A DNA stretch of 62,971 nucleotides, filler included, from Rhabdomonas costata (Eukaryota): the NCBI GenBank assembly GCA_019059605.1. It is 51 parts of 51 records of this genome, joined end to end, with 100 filler letters (N's around TTAATTAATTAA, not from the genome) between each part and the next. Parts side by side here need not be neighbours in the genome. Positions count along the whole stretch, not along the records: positions 22,278 to 23,413 come from JAHMHO010026780.1; positions 23,514 to 24,650 come from JAHMHO010026781.1; positions 24,751 to 25,887 come from JAHMHO010026782.1; positions 25,988 to 27,124 come from JAHMHO010026783.1; positions 27,225 to 28,361 come from JAHMHO010026784.1; positions 28,462 to 29,598 come from JAHMHO010026785.1; positions 29,699 to 30,834 come from JAHMHO010026786.1; positions 30,935 to 32,071 come from JAHMHO010026787.1; 43 more parts are not named here. One strand, given 5' to 3'. The first letter of the stretch is position 1, and every line of letters begins with the position of its first letter. Shown here piece by piece: positions 22,927 through 36,171 of the stretch. A model generated the notes under the pieces. The model searched no databases, had not been told where the DNA came from, and was given only the letters and a program-made list of their open reading frames with translations. The translations under genes and the position numbers were made by a program.

Positions 22927-24216
22927 GTCGCAGCTGCACTTGTCAGTGCTTTTGGCACGCAGTTCACTGAATATCTTTGTCGCCCCCCCCCCCCCCCGCC
23001 ACTTGGTCTCACCAGCCGAAGTAGTCAGCATTCGGGTTTTGTGGTCAGGTCCCTTGCTCTCACTTGAGTATTCCATAATCTCAGTCAAAGGTTCAGTGAA
23101 GGCTTATCGGCGATCACAGAATGGTACAAAGAAGAAGGAGCGGGATGAGGAGAAGGCAATGAAATGCGCATGGCCGGTCAGCGCAATAGTGACTGGAATG
23201 CTATTGTTCAGCGGCAGAGAGCGAAACACACAAGGCACACAAGAAATTTTCAAACGAAACTGAAGTTAACGCAAGTCTTTTGCTGCTTTTCCCTTCCCTT
23301 TCAGCCCTTGTTAGAATTCTGTGGTGCACCTTACCCCTCACCCACCTCACCCAGTTGTTGTGAAAGAACAGCGGACTGCTGTGCAGGCCCCACTGCGATG
23401 AGTGTGCGTTCTGNNNNNNNNNNNNNNNNNNNNNNNNNNNNNNNNNNNNNNNNNNNNTTAATTAATTAANNNNNNNNNNNNNNNNNNNNNNNNNNNNNNN
23501 NNNNNNNNNNNNNGGGGGGGACAATCAAATGTGGACAAGAAAGCGGACGCAAGCAAGATGGCGCCTGCGTGGGAGAGGGGAAGAAGAAGCAAGTTCAGAG
23601 GGCGAGAATCGGGTCGATCTGTCAAAATCCTTCACCTAAATGCACATAAATGGGTTGTGCAGGGGGAAAAAGTGCCCAAAAATTTGTGACAACCATGAAA
23701 AGGCTTTGCCATGGTCAAGACAAGTCCAACCCTTCGCTTGCGCTGGAGATAGGACAAACAAAGCGCCAGGTCGAGGGTGTGCATGTGCAGGGACAGTTCC
23801 GCCACCATCCTTAAGTTGGGTTTCAAGCATGCTCTGCCAGATGAACCGTGGTCTATGCAGGTACTGGTGAAGTTCAGCATCCGCTCATCTGTCCACCCTG
23901 CTCTGACCTGGAGGTCGACGCTTTTTCTGTCTTGAGCGTTGGGGGTCCACCAACCCGGTTTATAAGGTTCCGGGTCATTGCGACCGGCATTTCTATTTTT
24001 TTTTGCCGGATTTCAGGACATAACACAATTGCTTACACCTTACAGCCAGCGGATGCGGTGTGGCTTTCCGCATTCTTTCCGCATTCAACCCCCTTTCAAG
24101 ACAAGTGCGAGCATACAGTGTTCGCGCATTTTTCGGAGTGCAAAGTCAACAGAAAAAACACATGCAAGGAGATGCACAGCAGTACAACAGGTGAGGGGTT
24201 TACCAACAGCCCGATC

Positions 24217-24540
24217 CTACGAGCCCGCAGTGAGCGCTCGCCACTTCCTCTCCTCCTCTTCCCCAAAGCGGGCGGTGAAGTCCGTGAACTTTGTGAACCC
24301 TCCCCCTACGGAGACCATCACCACAGACCCCACGGCGACCAGAAGCAGCCTTTTCGTACCAAACTGGAACCGGTCCCCCTCCACACGGCGGAAGTTGCTG
24401 GGCAAGTGGGGAAGGTTTTTCACCAAGTCCTCCACCATGACGTCCAGGCGGTTCCCGCGCCGCAGGCTGAGGTAGGGGTTGGTGTGGCTGGGGCCAGCGA
24501 CGGGCAGGTCCGCCTCCTCGGCAAGGTCCACTTCCGGTGC
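24217..24540 (-). CDS. GAR (GAS2-related) microtubule-binding domain protein, terminal exon
   Basis: GNRLDVMV...RRVEGDRFQFGTK...VMVSVGGGFTKFTDF matches the GAR motif (EGKYxFG...VMVRVGGGW); TAG stop. Confidence 0.8.
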   Translation of the reverse strand, partial: APEVDLAEEADLPVAGPSHTNPYLSLRRGNRLDVMVEDLVKNLPHLPSNFRRVEGDRFQFGTKRLLLVAVGSVVMVSVGGGFTKFTDFTARFGEEEERKWRALTAGS

Positions 24541-24935
24541 CTACCACGCAACACCATAAAAAGCGAAGAAAAAAGACCCAGCGGCAAACAAGGCCGCGAA
24601 GACCGGCGCCATCTTCCTTATTACAACAACCAACCACACACACCCACCACNNNNNNNNNNNNNNNNNNNNNNNNNNNNNNNNNNNNNNNNNNNNTTAATT
24701 AATTAANNNNNNNNNNNNNNNNNNNNNNNNNNNNNNNNNNNNNNNNNNNNTGTTGGTGTGAAAAAACCACTAACTCCCCATACTCGAGAAGTATTCTCGC
24801 CACGCAACAGGGGAACAAGGTGGCAAGATGTGGCAAGATGTGGCCAGATGTGGCACTTGGAGACAGCATTCGACCTCTATTCCACACACGCACACCGCCG
24901 CCAGCAAACGGGCAGTTTTTTTCCCCCGGACATAC

Positions 24936-25731
24936 GTCGGAGAGGTAGTCACGGTTGAACAGCTCGTCGGGCATAGCGCTGGCGCAGCACACCAGCTTCA
25001 CCCTGTACTGATAAAGCTCATCAACAAGCACAATAAACCTTCGGCTGGCATCCCTGAAACCCCCGCCACCTGCCATCGCCATCAACTCCCCATTCCCATC
25101 TGGCACAATCGCGTCCCCCACACGCCTTCTGCGGTCATTGAGGGTTAACTGAAATTCTGAGCCCGTACAGGAACCCCAAAGATCCGACACCCAGACACCC
25201 GCGTGAGGAAATGTCGATGTGAAATATATTGTTATGCCTAAAGTGTCAGGAGCGGGGATGCGTGCATTGGGACTGACTTTGCACCCTGCCTGCTGCGCGA
25301 GCGCAGAAGGTTGGGTGCACGTCGAACCGCGGTTTTAATGCGCCGATTCCGAGATTCTTGATATTCCTGAGGACCCAAGCCCAGCAGCAGAAGGAGTGAT
25401 CACGACCCCACGGCAGCGGCAGCGGTCATGGATGCGGGAGAATAAATCATATTCCCGACGGAAGCAAAACCTCCAAACGAACTCTTCCTTTTTTCAATCG
25501 GTGTGTGACAGTGTGAGAGTTGGGAAATGAGGGAATCCGCGCCTGTTGTACAGCCCCATAATGGGAATTCCGATCACGCAAAGCGTGTGGTACGTCCGGG
25601 CCAGCGCGGAGTAGTCCGCGGGCCCAAGCGCCGCGTCGTCCCCGCACAGCTCCTCAAACGTGAACAGCGCCACTGGACCGCTCTCGAAGGGCACCACCAG
25701 CCGCCGCCCCAGGTGCCGGATCTCACAGTTC
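24936..25731 (-). CDS. AFG1: AFG1/LACE1 (ZapE-like) ATPase (exons 25731-25543, 25053-24936)
   Basis: GRRLVVP...FTFEELC...LGPADYSALARTYHT...IP and RDASRRFIVLVDELY motifs; joined by a GC-AG intron. Confidence 0.92.
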
Positions 25732-26021
25732 CTTCGGAGGGGAAGAAGTACAGACACATTCCAAGGCGTGCTTCCGTACACCATGGTTCATCCAAGTTCG
25801 CAGCAATTAAGGGCCGGGGGTGCGACGACCCAAGCAAGTTCGAAAAAAAAAAAAGGAGAAAAAGAAGCCCCCATTAGAAAAAACATGNNNNNNNNNNNNN
25901 NNNNNNNNNNNNNNNNNNNNNNNNNNNNNNNTTAATTAATTAANNNNNNNNNNNNNNNNNNNNNNNNNNNNNNNNNNNNNNNNNNNNGTGTTGGGTGTGG
26001 TTGGGTTGGGGGGGGGAGGTA

Positions 26022-26318
26022 CGGGGGCCTTTAGCGGAAGCTTCATGCCCTTGAAGAAGCTCCCGTCTCTGATGCTCCGCGCATTCTTGCAGATCGAATA
26101 CTTCATCAGAAAGCGTCTTTTGTGTTACTTGCTTCTTTCATTTCCAGCTTCGCTTCGCAATTGCTCCATTCCTTCGGCGGGCTGAAGAGCCCTTCGTCTT
26201 TCATCATCTTCACCATTTCGTCTTCTTTCTTTGACAAAAGCTTCTCTAACGCTTCCAATCTCAGCTTCTGACTCTTCTTTTTCTTCCCTCCGGGGGAATA
26301 TTCCGTCTTTCGAGCCAT
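26022..26318 (-). mobile_element. Degenerate Merlin/ISXO2 (IS1595-like) transposase N-terminus
   Basis: GLFSPPKEWSNCEAKLEMKEASNTKDAF [frameshift] KYSICKNARSIRDGSFFKGMKLPL resembles the Zn-ribbon + SIRxGSFF motif of eukaryotic ISXO2-like transposases; intronless, A-rich, disrupted. Confidence 0.7.
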
Positions 26319-27654
26319 AAACAAACAGCTCTGCAAGAGAAAAGGGTCAACATCTGCTCTTCTGTGCCCAGAGGACGTATTCATGAGAGGGGGATGTAGT
26401 TGACGAAACAATACCCCAATTTAGGGACATCCCACACACTCCAAGTATCCTTTCACCTTTTTTTTGGGGGGGGTGTAAACTGTGCTAAGCATTAGTGGTG
26501 TGAACCATCTTGTCAAGTGGTCGAAATTCCCTCACGCTAACCTTAAATAAACTTAAGTAAGTCATTATTAGTTTTGTCCAGAACACAGTCACATAACATA
26601 ATTTAGTGACAGATTTTATCATTGGAACTGTCTGAAACGTTCAACGCTGCTAAACACCGAGGGTGAGTTCCTTTGTCAAAAGTTTTAATTCTCCGGAAAA
26701 GCAAGTTGTCCATATTCCTGTTGTTTTCGGTTTTCAGCATCCAGTCCCAAGCCATGTGCTGTGCCCACCACATGGTAGGTCAGTCTCCTCGTTGAAGTGT
26801 CTTAAACAACATCCTCTTCGTAGCCTCAGTGCCACAGGGAAATGCAATGCATGGACCCAGTGAAAACGAGCACTATCTACACGATTACGTCTCTGGTTCG
26901 TTATTTATTATTATTCATTCTGTTATTATTCATTCTGTTATTGGTCGCAGGAGCCCGGGTGCCCGGCCAATCAGCACCCAAACCCAGGAATGTCCGACCT
27001 AAATAAGGCAAGAGACGACAAAAATGTAACCAATTTCTTCTGTCTTGGTTTTCATCCCAGAAACTGCTGAACCGCCGTTCTTTTTGTTGTGACCTCCTCG
27101 TGCTGGCACGAAGTCCCACACAACNNNNNNNNNNNNNNNNNNNNNNNNNNNNNNNNNNNNNNNNNNNNTTAATTAATTAANNNNNNNNNNNNNNNNNNNN
27201 NNNNNNNNNNNNNNNNNNNNNNNNTGTTTTGGTTACTCAAAGCGCAAAAATATTCACCGTAAGCAGCTTTTGCTTGTCCCCTTTCGCTGAGGACCAGAGT
27301 TGCGAAACACGGTCACGGTCACCTTTTTGTTTCTCATCTATCCTTGTCTTCGCACTTTCCGGTAGTTACACTCTACCGGGGTACTGCCCTTTATCTGCTC
27401 GTGATAACTGCAGTTTCTCCAGCATCACCGTGTCTTCTCAACCGCTAGTCGTTCTATATTTCCTGTCCCACCTTTTTGGCCCATCAATTCTTCTCTCTCT
27501 CTCTTTCCCATCAATTCTTCTCACTCACTCACTCTCTCTCTTTGTGAAAGTTCTAGAAATTCTGCCAGGTGGGCCCAGAAACGAACGTTTCCGAAGGATA
27601 CTGCTGATTAAGTAGGGGGGGGGGGCGAGTCTGTTATGATCCTGCCGATTGCAG

Positions 27655-28361
27655 ACGTGGAGATGCAGGAGTACTGTCGCGCGATTGCCCGGGCGTTCAA
27701 CAACTACAACCCCCCAAAGCGGGTGTCCTTCATTGAGGCGTGGGCGATTGAGAGGACAGGGGAAAACCTGCCCCCAAACTTGCAGGTCTGAGTAGTCATT
27801 TGATCACTTGGTGGTTTTTTTCTTGACTCTGACTGGCTGTGCAGGCTGGACCAGAGCTTTCCAGTGTGCTCGCAAGCGGGAGCTTCGCGCTAATGTTCGC
27901 TGGCCGTTGTGGTGGTCATGAGAAAAGAAGACAGTGGAATGGTCATTCCTCGAACCGATCCGTTGTGAAGGTCACGGGTGAGTCAGAACAAGAAATGGAT
28001 AATGCAGTGCAAAGCAAGTAAAGTTACCCAACTTTCCCATATTTGGCACGACGTCGATGTCCAACAAACCGCCCTTCGTGATGTCGCCGTTTCATTTTTT
28101 GCGTGAGTTCCTCCCTCCCGCCAGCGAAACGAGAGACGGTGTGTGAGATGTTCACCTCTCCAGGTGCTCGCCGCGGAGGTGTACATTGACACCACACGGT
28201 ACGTCAAGTACAACAACAACTACGGTTTCGTGAACGCGATGAACCGCAATACCCCGGCCGCGTTCAGCCACTTCAGCTGGGAGTTCACCAACAAACGGGC
28301 GATGATCGTGGACATCCAGGGCATCACCTCCGCTACGGAGGACATCTATACCCACCAAAAC
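27655..28361 (+). CDS. Alpha-kinase (eEF2K/MHCK family) (exons 27655-27785, 28164-28361)
   Basis: DVEMQ...AFNNYNPPKRVSFI and YVKYNNNYG...RNTPAAFSHFSWE...MIVDIQG motifs. Confidence 0.93.
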
Positions 28362-28754
28362 NNNNNNNNNNNNNNNNNNNNNNNNNNNNNNNNNNNNNNN
28401 NNNNNTTAATTAATTAANNNNNNNNNNNNNNNNNNNNNNNNNNNNNNNNNNNNNNNNNNNNGTTGTGTGGTTGGTGGTGGGGATGTCGGGAATTCGGTGA
28501 CATGAGTTGAATTTTGAATTGAAAGACAGGATTGCTTTTTACTGGCGGCTTCACCCAATACATGGTTACGACAGAAGAGCATCACCCTTCTTTCGGCGCT
28601 GCCGTTTCCCTCCAAGGCTCCTCACTGTCGCATCGGCTGTTCGCCCCTTTGTCGGAATGAGCATTTCTCCTCTTTTCTCATCACAGCCTCAGGCAGGTCT
28701 CTGAAACGCTCGAGAGCGAGGTCTCTGAACAACTCGAGAATGTCCTGGACGCAG

Positions 28755-29208
28755 TGGTTCTAGTTATCTGGGCCCTCGAGGCGCTCCCTCCGGCCCCCGA
28801 GTTTGAGCGGCGTGGGGTTGAGACCTTCCGGCTCGCCTCTTGGATCTTTCCCGGGTTTCCCTGCTACGCTCTTAAAGCGCACTTCCCCTTTGTGGGAGCC
28901 GAGATGACTCGCTGTGACTTCCTATCCGCCTCAGTGGACAGGGTGCAATCTGGAAGGCTACGGTGGGTGTACCGGATGGATGGGCGCTACCCGCTTGTCA
29001 CAGAGTTGGCGCAGGGCAGCAATGCGGCAGCGGACGTGGGTAAAGCTTTGGAGGCGTGGGGGCGAGCCGAGGTCGCGGAGGGAAAGCCTGTGAGCTTGCC
29101 TGGGATCCCGTACGATGTGGTTTGGGAGGGAGGGAAGCGGTGGCTGGTGAGGCGCTCAACTGTGGTTGACGAAGCCGAGGAGGAGGAGGAGTGCCCAAAA
29201 AATCAGAG
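28755..29208 (+). CDS. Hypothetical protein exon
   Basis: CGCAG acceptor, about 150 open codons, probable donor before a (GT)n tract; no family recognised. Confidence 0.5.
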
Positions 29209-31311
29209 GTCTGCAGTTCGCATGTATTGTGTGTGTGTGTGTGTGTGTGTGCTTGTGCTTGTATGGACCAAAGGGTGGGGATCAATGGTTATGCGAGCTT
29301 GTGTGTTGGCAAAAGGAGGGTTGCTTTTTTTGGAAGGAGGGGATTATAATCAAACATGTAACTGGTGGTGACAACCGCGCGCAATGATGCATCGTATGTC
29401 TTAGATGCAATGCGAATTCACCGTCGTTCGGTTACGGCCCTCTTAACTGCTGCTGACCAAAATCTGCTAAGAGATCACCTCCCTAGGCCTGTGGTTGCCA
29501 AATGCTGCTCGTAATTCGCGCAAGTCGCGATAATTCCCGCCCCTCTCCCCCTCCCCTCAACTCAATGGCTTTGGGCCAGAATGCTGCAACCAAACCCTNN
29601 NNNNNNNNNNNNNNNNNNNNNNNNNNNNNNNNNNNNNNNNNNTTAATTAATTAANNNNNNNNNNNNNNNNNNNNNNNNNNNNNNNNNNNNNNNNNNNNTT
29701 CCCTTTTCCCTTTTCGTTCATTGGGGGGGTTTGGTTTGCCAGTTGCCGCTGCTGGCTTCCTTTCAGGACTATGTGCACCGCCGGTGGTGATGGTTGCCTC
29801 TTCTTTCTCAAGGCCAAGGTGCGCATTCTCGTGTGCACGCGTCAATGGAAGAAGGAGCAATATGCGTTTTTGGGTGAATCTCACTCTCTGGGTGCGAGCA
29901 ACTCTTGAACAACTTCTCTTTCATTTTCCTGACGCAACTGTTTATTTGCTTCCCCGCCCCTTGAAATTCACTCAGGGTTCTCGCAAGGAAGTCCCGCTGT
30001 TCTCCGTGGATCCTCAGCAGGTTGCCCTTTTCCCCTCCTTCTATTTGGGGCCCGGGTTTTTTTTTTGCGCCGTTATACAGTGTGTTCACACTGCATTTCA
30101 TGGCAAACACTCTGAACACTCTCGTTGCTCGGAACCTGGTGTGCGTGAGGCAGTGGAGAGGGCATTGTTGATCACACCGAAAAACGTTGTTACCCCAGCT
30201 TTCTCATCAGCACTTTGCCAAAGCCTCAACTAAATACAAAGGAGGCCAAACCCTGATTGACACCTCACCGAAGAACCAGAAGAGATGCTGCTACAGAACC
30301 GGACAACCACCCGAGATGCCTCAATGATGCTTCAGTTCTTCACACAAGCACCGTAATTCCTGCCCACCGCTTTTGACCACAACGATGTACTGCATGGCAT
30401 CCCAAGTTGTGCGTGGCCTACACCTCCTTGGGAACATGGAAGGGCAGCACTTGCTGCTGTTGGGGTCTCGCTCATAAACGTCGGTTGCGCTCTCTTTCCG
30501 GAAACATGTGTGGGTCGAGGTTCCGCTTGAGGCATTTCCACATCCAGCGGTGTTCCCACGCACACCTCCAAACCACTCGATCTCGTGCAGGAGGGCCTTC
30601 CTGAGCGCGAGGAAACGGACCTGTTCTTTGTGAAGAGGCAGAAGGAAGAGGAGCAGCTGGCGTACATGCAGAACGAGGTTTCGTAATCCCCTCTCCTCTA
30701 TTCGCTTCTGGTGCGCGTTCATTTTGGTGAGGCAGTTTCCCTCAACACCCCAATCGTGCTACTGCGTGGACAAATAGATGGACTGGTTTTTTGTGCCTCT
30801 AGTCATGTTAAACATCAGAGAGAGCCAACACAACNNNNNNNNNNNNNNNNNNNNNNNNNNNNNNNNNNNNNNNNNNNNTTAATTAATTAANNNNNNNNNN
30901 NNNNNNNNNNNNNNNNNNNNNNNNNNNNNNNNNNTGTTTTTGGGGCCACTACATTCTGGAGCAACTCCACAAATGTTAGCAGGAGAGATACGCGTGCCCC
31001 TTGTGCGCACGTGAGATGGGACCCGAGGGAGGTGAATATCGTTCGCCTTTTTCCTGGAGAGTTCTCGTTCTTTTTGCTTGAGAGAGCTCGGCTTCAGCAC
31101 AACGGATACCCTCAGGCGGGGTGTGAGCAGCGGGATGTTCGAACCTGAGAGTTCTTTCACTTGCACCCGGTAGCAGGCAACAGAAGGATGCAGGGATGCA
31201 GCTGATGCAGATGCTTTCCAGATTCGCCTTGAGATCCTTTGTGTCAACAGCTCTCAAGCCGTCCCTCATATGCAATTCCATGAAGACAGTGGGAGGGGTT
31301 GGGCGTCATAC

Positions 31312-31508
31312 CGGCCATATGCCTGAGGAAGTGGGCGAGCTGAAAGTTCCGGTTAGGGTCGATACTGACCTCCCACAGAGGGAGGAAGAGATTGGTGAGG
31401 AACTCCTGGAAGCTGCGGAGGTAGCCCTGGGAGCGCAGGTAGCCATAGGACTCCGGGATTTGCACCGTCCACTTGTTGTGCAGGGACTGCGCCCCGTGCG
31501 AGATGCAC
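31312..31508 (-). CDS. AMP deaminase exon
   Basis: NKWTVQIPESY...SFQEFLTNLFLPLWEVSIDP...LAHFLRHMAG aligns with AMPD RWxIQVPRxY...FxxxLxNIFxPLFEVTxDP...LxxFL. Confidence 0.85.
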
Positions 31509-33934
31509 CTGCAGACCCCACACAAGCAGCACTGCGTTCGCGAAAGAGCGGAGGTGTGGTGAGCGGACAGCGCGCTGGCTGGAGGTCTGGCACTGGTATC
31601 AACGACACTATAAATAAGATACCCCGCGGCCCGCTGCCTCGCGAGGCGAGTAGCCGGAAGACAACGCCCTTACGGACGCGTAGGGCGAGGCAATTGTGAC
31701 GGAATGGGGTTAACACCGTGCTAATGAGCAGCGCCGCAGCTTGTTTTTTCTCCTAACACCTTTGCTCTGGTTCCGACAGCTTCCCTCTGATGCAGGCGAG
31801 TGGCAACCATAGCAACTGTCATTTCCGGAATCACCGTACAGGAGGATCCACGCTGCCAAGATTCTAGGTGCTTTGGTTTGGTCACTGTCATTAAGACGTT
31901 CCAACAAGTCAACAGTTCAATGACTGCCAGGGAAAACATAAAAAGAGCCTGTGGGTGTTAAGTGGTATACGGATCGGGGTCAATCGTACAGGAGATGCTC
32001 CGACCGTTCTTGTAACAGGAAGGGAACGCTCCTATTTACTGATGGTGCCAGAGCTTACACCTCTGTCTGTANNNNNNNNNNNNNNNNNNNNNNNNNNNNN
32101 NNNNNNNNNNNNNNNTTAATTAATTAANNNNNNNNNNNNNNNNNNNNNNNNNNNNNNNNNNNNNNNNNNNNGGTTTTTGGTGCTACTTTAAAAATCTCAG
32201 AATGATGTACAACTGGTGGTTATATCTGCCTTGTAATAAGTAAGAGTGGCATTAATGCTATTAATGTTCATGCTGTGTGCACTTATTTTCTTAGCTTTCT
32301 CTGACAGAAGCGCTTCTAGAAACAAAAGTATAGTATGATTGGATTTGCTTATGGCACAAATGCGGCCAATTTTTACCACACGTCTCCCTCCGAGTTTGGG
32401 AAATCTGTGATGCAGAAGACCCACCCAGACAAATTAGTCCCATCACGTTGCAGATTCAGCAGGAGAAGTGCAAAGCGTAATGTGCGCGGTCAACAGATTT
32501 TGTAAGTGTGTAGGTGTAAGTGCAAAGGTGGCTTAGTCCACTTCCGAGTGTTTTTGATCGAAGCGAAAGCAAATTAATCCACTTGGATGTGAGTCGATGT
32601 GAGGCGTGAGAAATTAACCGTGCAAGCAGGTTGTTGCGTTTAACAAATTAATACTATATGCGGAAGTAATGTGGTTAGGTTCTATTTGTATGGGTTTGAA
32701 AACCAAAACAACGTCGGCATGCTATTGCAGCTGGACGTTAAGTGGTTTCGGCCATTCTCTACCAGGCCATAAGCAAAAGCGACCCAACAAGTGGGAAAAA
32801 ACTCATATCACCTATGTGGGTCGAAAGCTGACGAAGCGAAATCTTTGTCTGGAGTGACAACGTATGGGAGCATATCGAGTGTGCTACGCTGTACATTCGC
32901 AAGATCCGCGTAAATTGGTCCGATGTATCCTTGCAGTCTGACATATGCGCGTACACCACACACAGGTTGAGCACTATGTACATGACCGCATACACGACGT
33001 CAGACGTGACAGCGCCCACTTTGCGAAAGTACAGTATGGAGCGTCTGTCTGAGAGCCACTTCAATGTCACGCCATTGTAGAGGCGTTGAAACGCTCAAAA
33101 GTGCCAGCCGTTTTCAGTTACGTGTAAGTTATTGCCTGGTTTCTCTTGGATTATGGTGTATTGCAGAGTCCAACATTGCCATGCTTTTACAGTGCGCTAA
33201 GTGTAGAAGCACGTGGATGTTTTCATTTCCAGCGATTTCTTGATGTCTTGTACCGCGGATTTGGCAAATATTCTAGGCGGTTTTACTTTGCAGTAGCGTG
33301 TTTCCTTCNNNNNNNNNNNNNNNNNNNNNNNNNNNNNNNNNNNNNNNNNNNNTTAATTAATTAANNNNNNNNNNNNNNNNNNNNNNNNNNNNNNNNNNNN
33401 NNNNNNNNGTGGTGGGGTCCAACATTTTGGTGCATAATTGTTAAGGTCTACACGGATTAAATATCATTCCGTGTAATTTTGGAAGAGAAGAAACGAGAAC
33501 CCGCTAGCGCGTCTTTTTGTGAACGAAAATCATCTGATATTGCAGCAATAACAGTCTTTTAGGGAAAAAAACACAGCTTGTCAATGAGCAATTCAGACCA
33601 GAAGACTTCATAAAAACCCCTGCCACAGACCTTTCAAAGCAAAAAAAATTGTTTCTTCCCATCCCTTTCCCATCCCTTAATCAGACGAACGGCCAGCCAT
33701 AATTTTCAAAACATCACTGCGTCGCCCCAATTTCGCCCCTTTGGGATGGAAAGGTGACGAGGTTTAACCACAGAAACCACAGAAACGCGCAATGCCGAAA
33801 CAAATGGGCAAATACCGCCTCACTTTGACAAGAAACATAACGTAACCACCTAAACAGCAGCAATGGCTGAAGAGGGAAGGGCCTAGGGCTCACCTACTCT
33901 CCCAGGAAGAAAAACTACAAGCAGGCGGATTCTT

Positions 33935-34545
33935 TCAGTAGGTGGCCCCTTCGCCATGAATATACCTCTGCCTAAGATAGGACAACGGGCCCTCAAGGGG
34001 GCCGAGGGAGACCCAGTCCTCCGGAGAAAGCAATGCCCCCACGATGAGCACAACCCCGGCCACCACGGCGATTTTGCTCACTTCCAGGACAAAGCCCTGG
34101 CCAAAGCGGGCCGATGCCCATCCCGAGACCCGCGGGGCACTGGCGCGGTAGTGCTGATTACCTGTCTCCACAAAGGCGGGCAGCCCCGCCTGGGCCCACG
34201 GGGAAAGTCTTAGCCGCATGGTCTCAGGGAGCCCCTGCATCGTCACCCGCAGCGCGGCGAGCTCGCGGGCCGTGGTCTCCTCCGTCTGAATCGCGTACTG
34301 CTCCGCGTTGATTAGCGAGGTGAGCCTCCCGGGGGCTGCCCCTTGGGCGGCCTGGCGGTTGTGGAGATTCTGCTTCAGCACCCGCAGGGCCATCTGCAGG
34401 GTCATCCTGACTGCGACGCAGGCCAGAGCGACCCCCACCTTGACTGGGGTGACGGTGGGCAGCAGGATCGCAGCCACACCAGCCCCCATCAGCATCACTG
34501 CGAGGCAGCGCTGCCCCAGCCGGCGCACGGGCTCTGTGACCAAAA
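33935..34545 (-). CDS. Membrane protein, NEMP (nuclear envelope membrane protein)-like, terminal exon
   Basis: TM helices followed by LINAEQYAIQTEETTARELAALR...FVETGNQH, resembling NEMP LLTEEEYxxQxxxETxxALxELR...FVEGxxH; TGA stop. Confidence 0.5.
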
Positions 34546-36078
34546 NNNNNNNNNNNNNNNNNNNNNNNNNNNNNNNNNNNNNNNNNNNNTTAATTAATTA
34601 ANNNNNNNNNNNNNNNNNNNNNNNNNNNNNNNNNNNNNNNNNNNNGGGTTGTGGGGGATGGCCGCAGGGCTCTCCTGGAGGCCCAGCACACCGTCGCGCA
34701 GTCCACAGCCCCATAGGTCTGTGTGTTTGTGCGTGTGCCTGGCGTGGCAGGAGAGAGCAACGTGAGGCAGCGAGGCATAGAGCGGGCAGAGAAGTGCGCC
34801 CGATAGGGCTCATGCCCCATCGACGGTGGGGTGCCCACTGGGGGAGAGAAACTCGAGTCTTGCCCAGAAAAAGTCACCCTAGCAAAGTGCACAAAGTGTG
34901 GATACACTTCGCTGTTTGCTCTCATGTCTTCTCGAACTATACGGGGTGGGTCATGTCAAAAGTGAGGTGAAACGATACTTCTGCTCATTCTGCTAATTCT
35001 GATCGCAAATCTGACCACGGAACATCAAAGGCGAGATTTAATAATTTTAATGTCGAAAAAATGAGAGATAACCATGCTATCATGTCGCCTTTTGAGTGCG
35101 CCGTTGCGAAATTACTTACAACTGGGACGGCACATGCAATGCACCCCAACACACGCATTCTCTGCATTGTTTGTTGTTAAGCTCTTCCTTTTATTCTTTG
35201 CCCTCTGCCTCACAGCTTCAGGATGAGCACAACCCCTGCGACATGAGGTGGGATGAATACCCGGATTTCGCTGGGCTTTGTAAATTGTCTTTGTGGTTGC
35301 ATGACTTTTTTCTTTGGGCGCACTTTTGAGGTTTTCTCTTTGATTTGACCCACCCGGTGCTTACTAGTATTGTGCAACGTGGATTCTCAAGTAAGAGTGC
35401 GTGGTGCTTTGCAGTGTGTGATTTCCTATGATTAATTAGTCGGCACGGTTCGTTCTATGAGTTGATGTCTTCAACCTCAGTCCGGCAGTCAGTTTTGTTG
35501 ATTCTGTCAACTATGGCTGATTTGCGCGATATCGATTTAATAGATATTTGGTAAGGATTGCTTTCATGGTTTTTTTTTGGGGGGGGTTAAGTTAGCAGCA
35601 CGTTATTTTACACAGAGGAAAGGCGAACCTCTCTGTTATTTCGCCAAGGGTGAGAAGGTGTTGTGACCCAGAATGGAGCGATGTGAGTCTGGCTTCGCTA
35701 GAAGTTGGAAGTAAATTCCAAAATGATGGATGTTCACTCTCCAGCAGCAGAATGCGCATACAAAATGAGCCCAAAGTCAAAGNNNNNNNNNNNNNNNNNN
35801 NNNNNNNNNNNNNNNNNNNNNNNNNNTTAATTAATTAANNNNNNNNNNNNNNNNNNNNNNNNNNNNNNNNNNNNNNNNNNNNGGGTTTTGGGGGTACGTG
35901 GCCTGGTATGGAAATACATGCACTTCCCTCTTGCTATAAATGCAGGCTATCCTTCCCCACCGATCCGATCATTCCATTGTTGAATGGGTCGTTTGTAGTG
36001 CCCGGTTGTTTCTCGCATGCCACGCCGTAGGAATGCAAGGCCAGACAGGAGTTTCATTTATGAAATTTATAAATTGTT

Positions 36079-36171
36079 TTTTGTTTTGTTTTGTTTTGTT
36101 TTGTTTTGTTTTGTTTTGTTTTGTTTTGTTTTGTTTTGTTTTGTTTTGTTTTGTTTTGTTTTGTTTTGTTT
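36079..36171. repeat. (TTTTG)n microsatellite
   Basis: About 18 perfect units. Confidence 0.98.
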
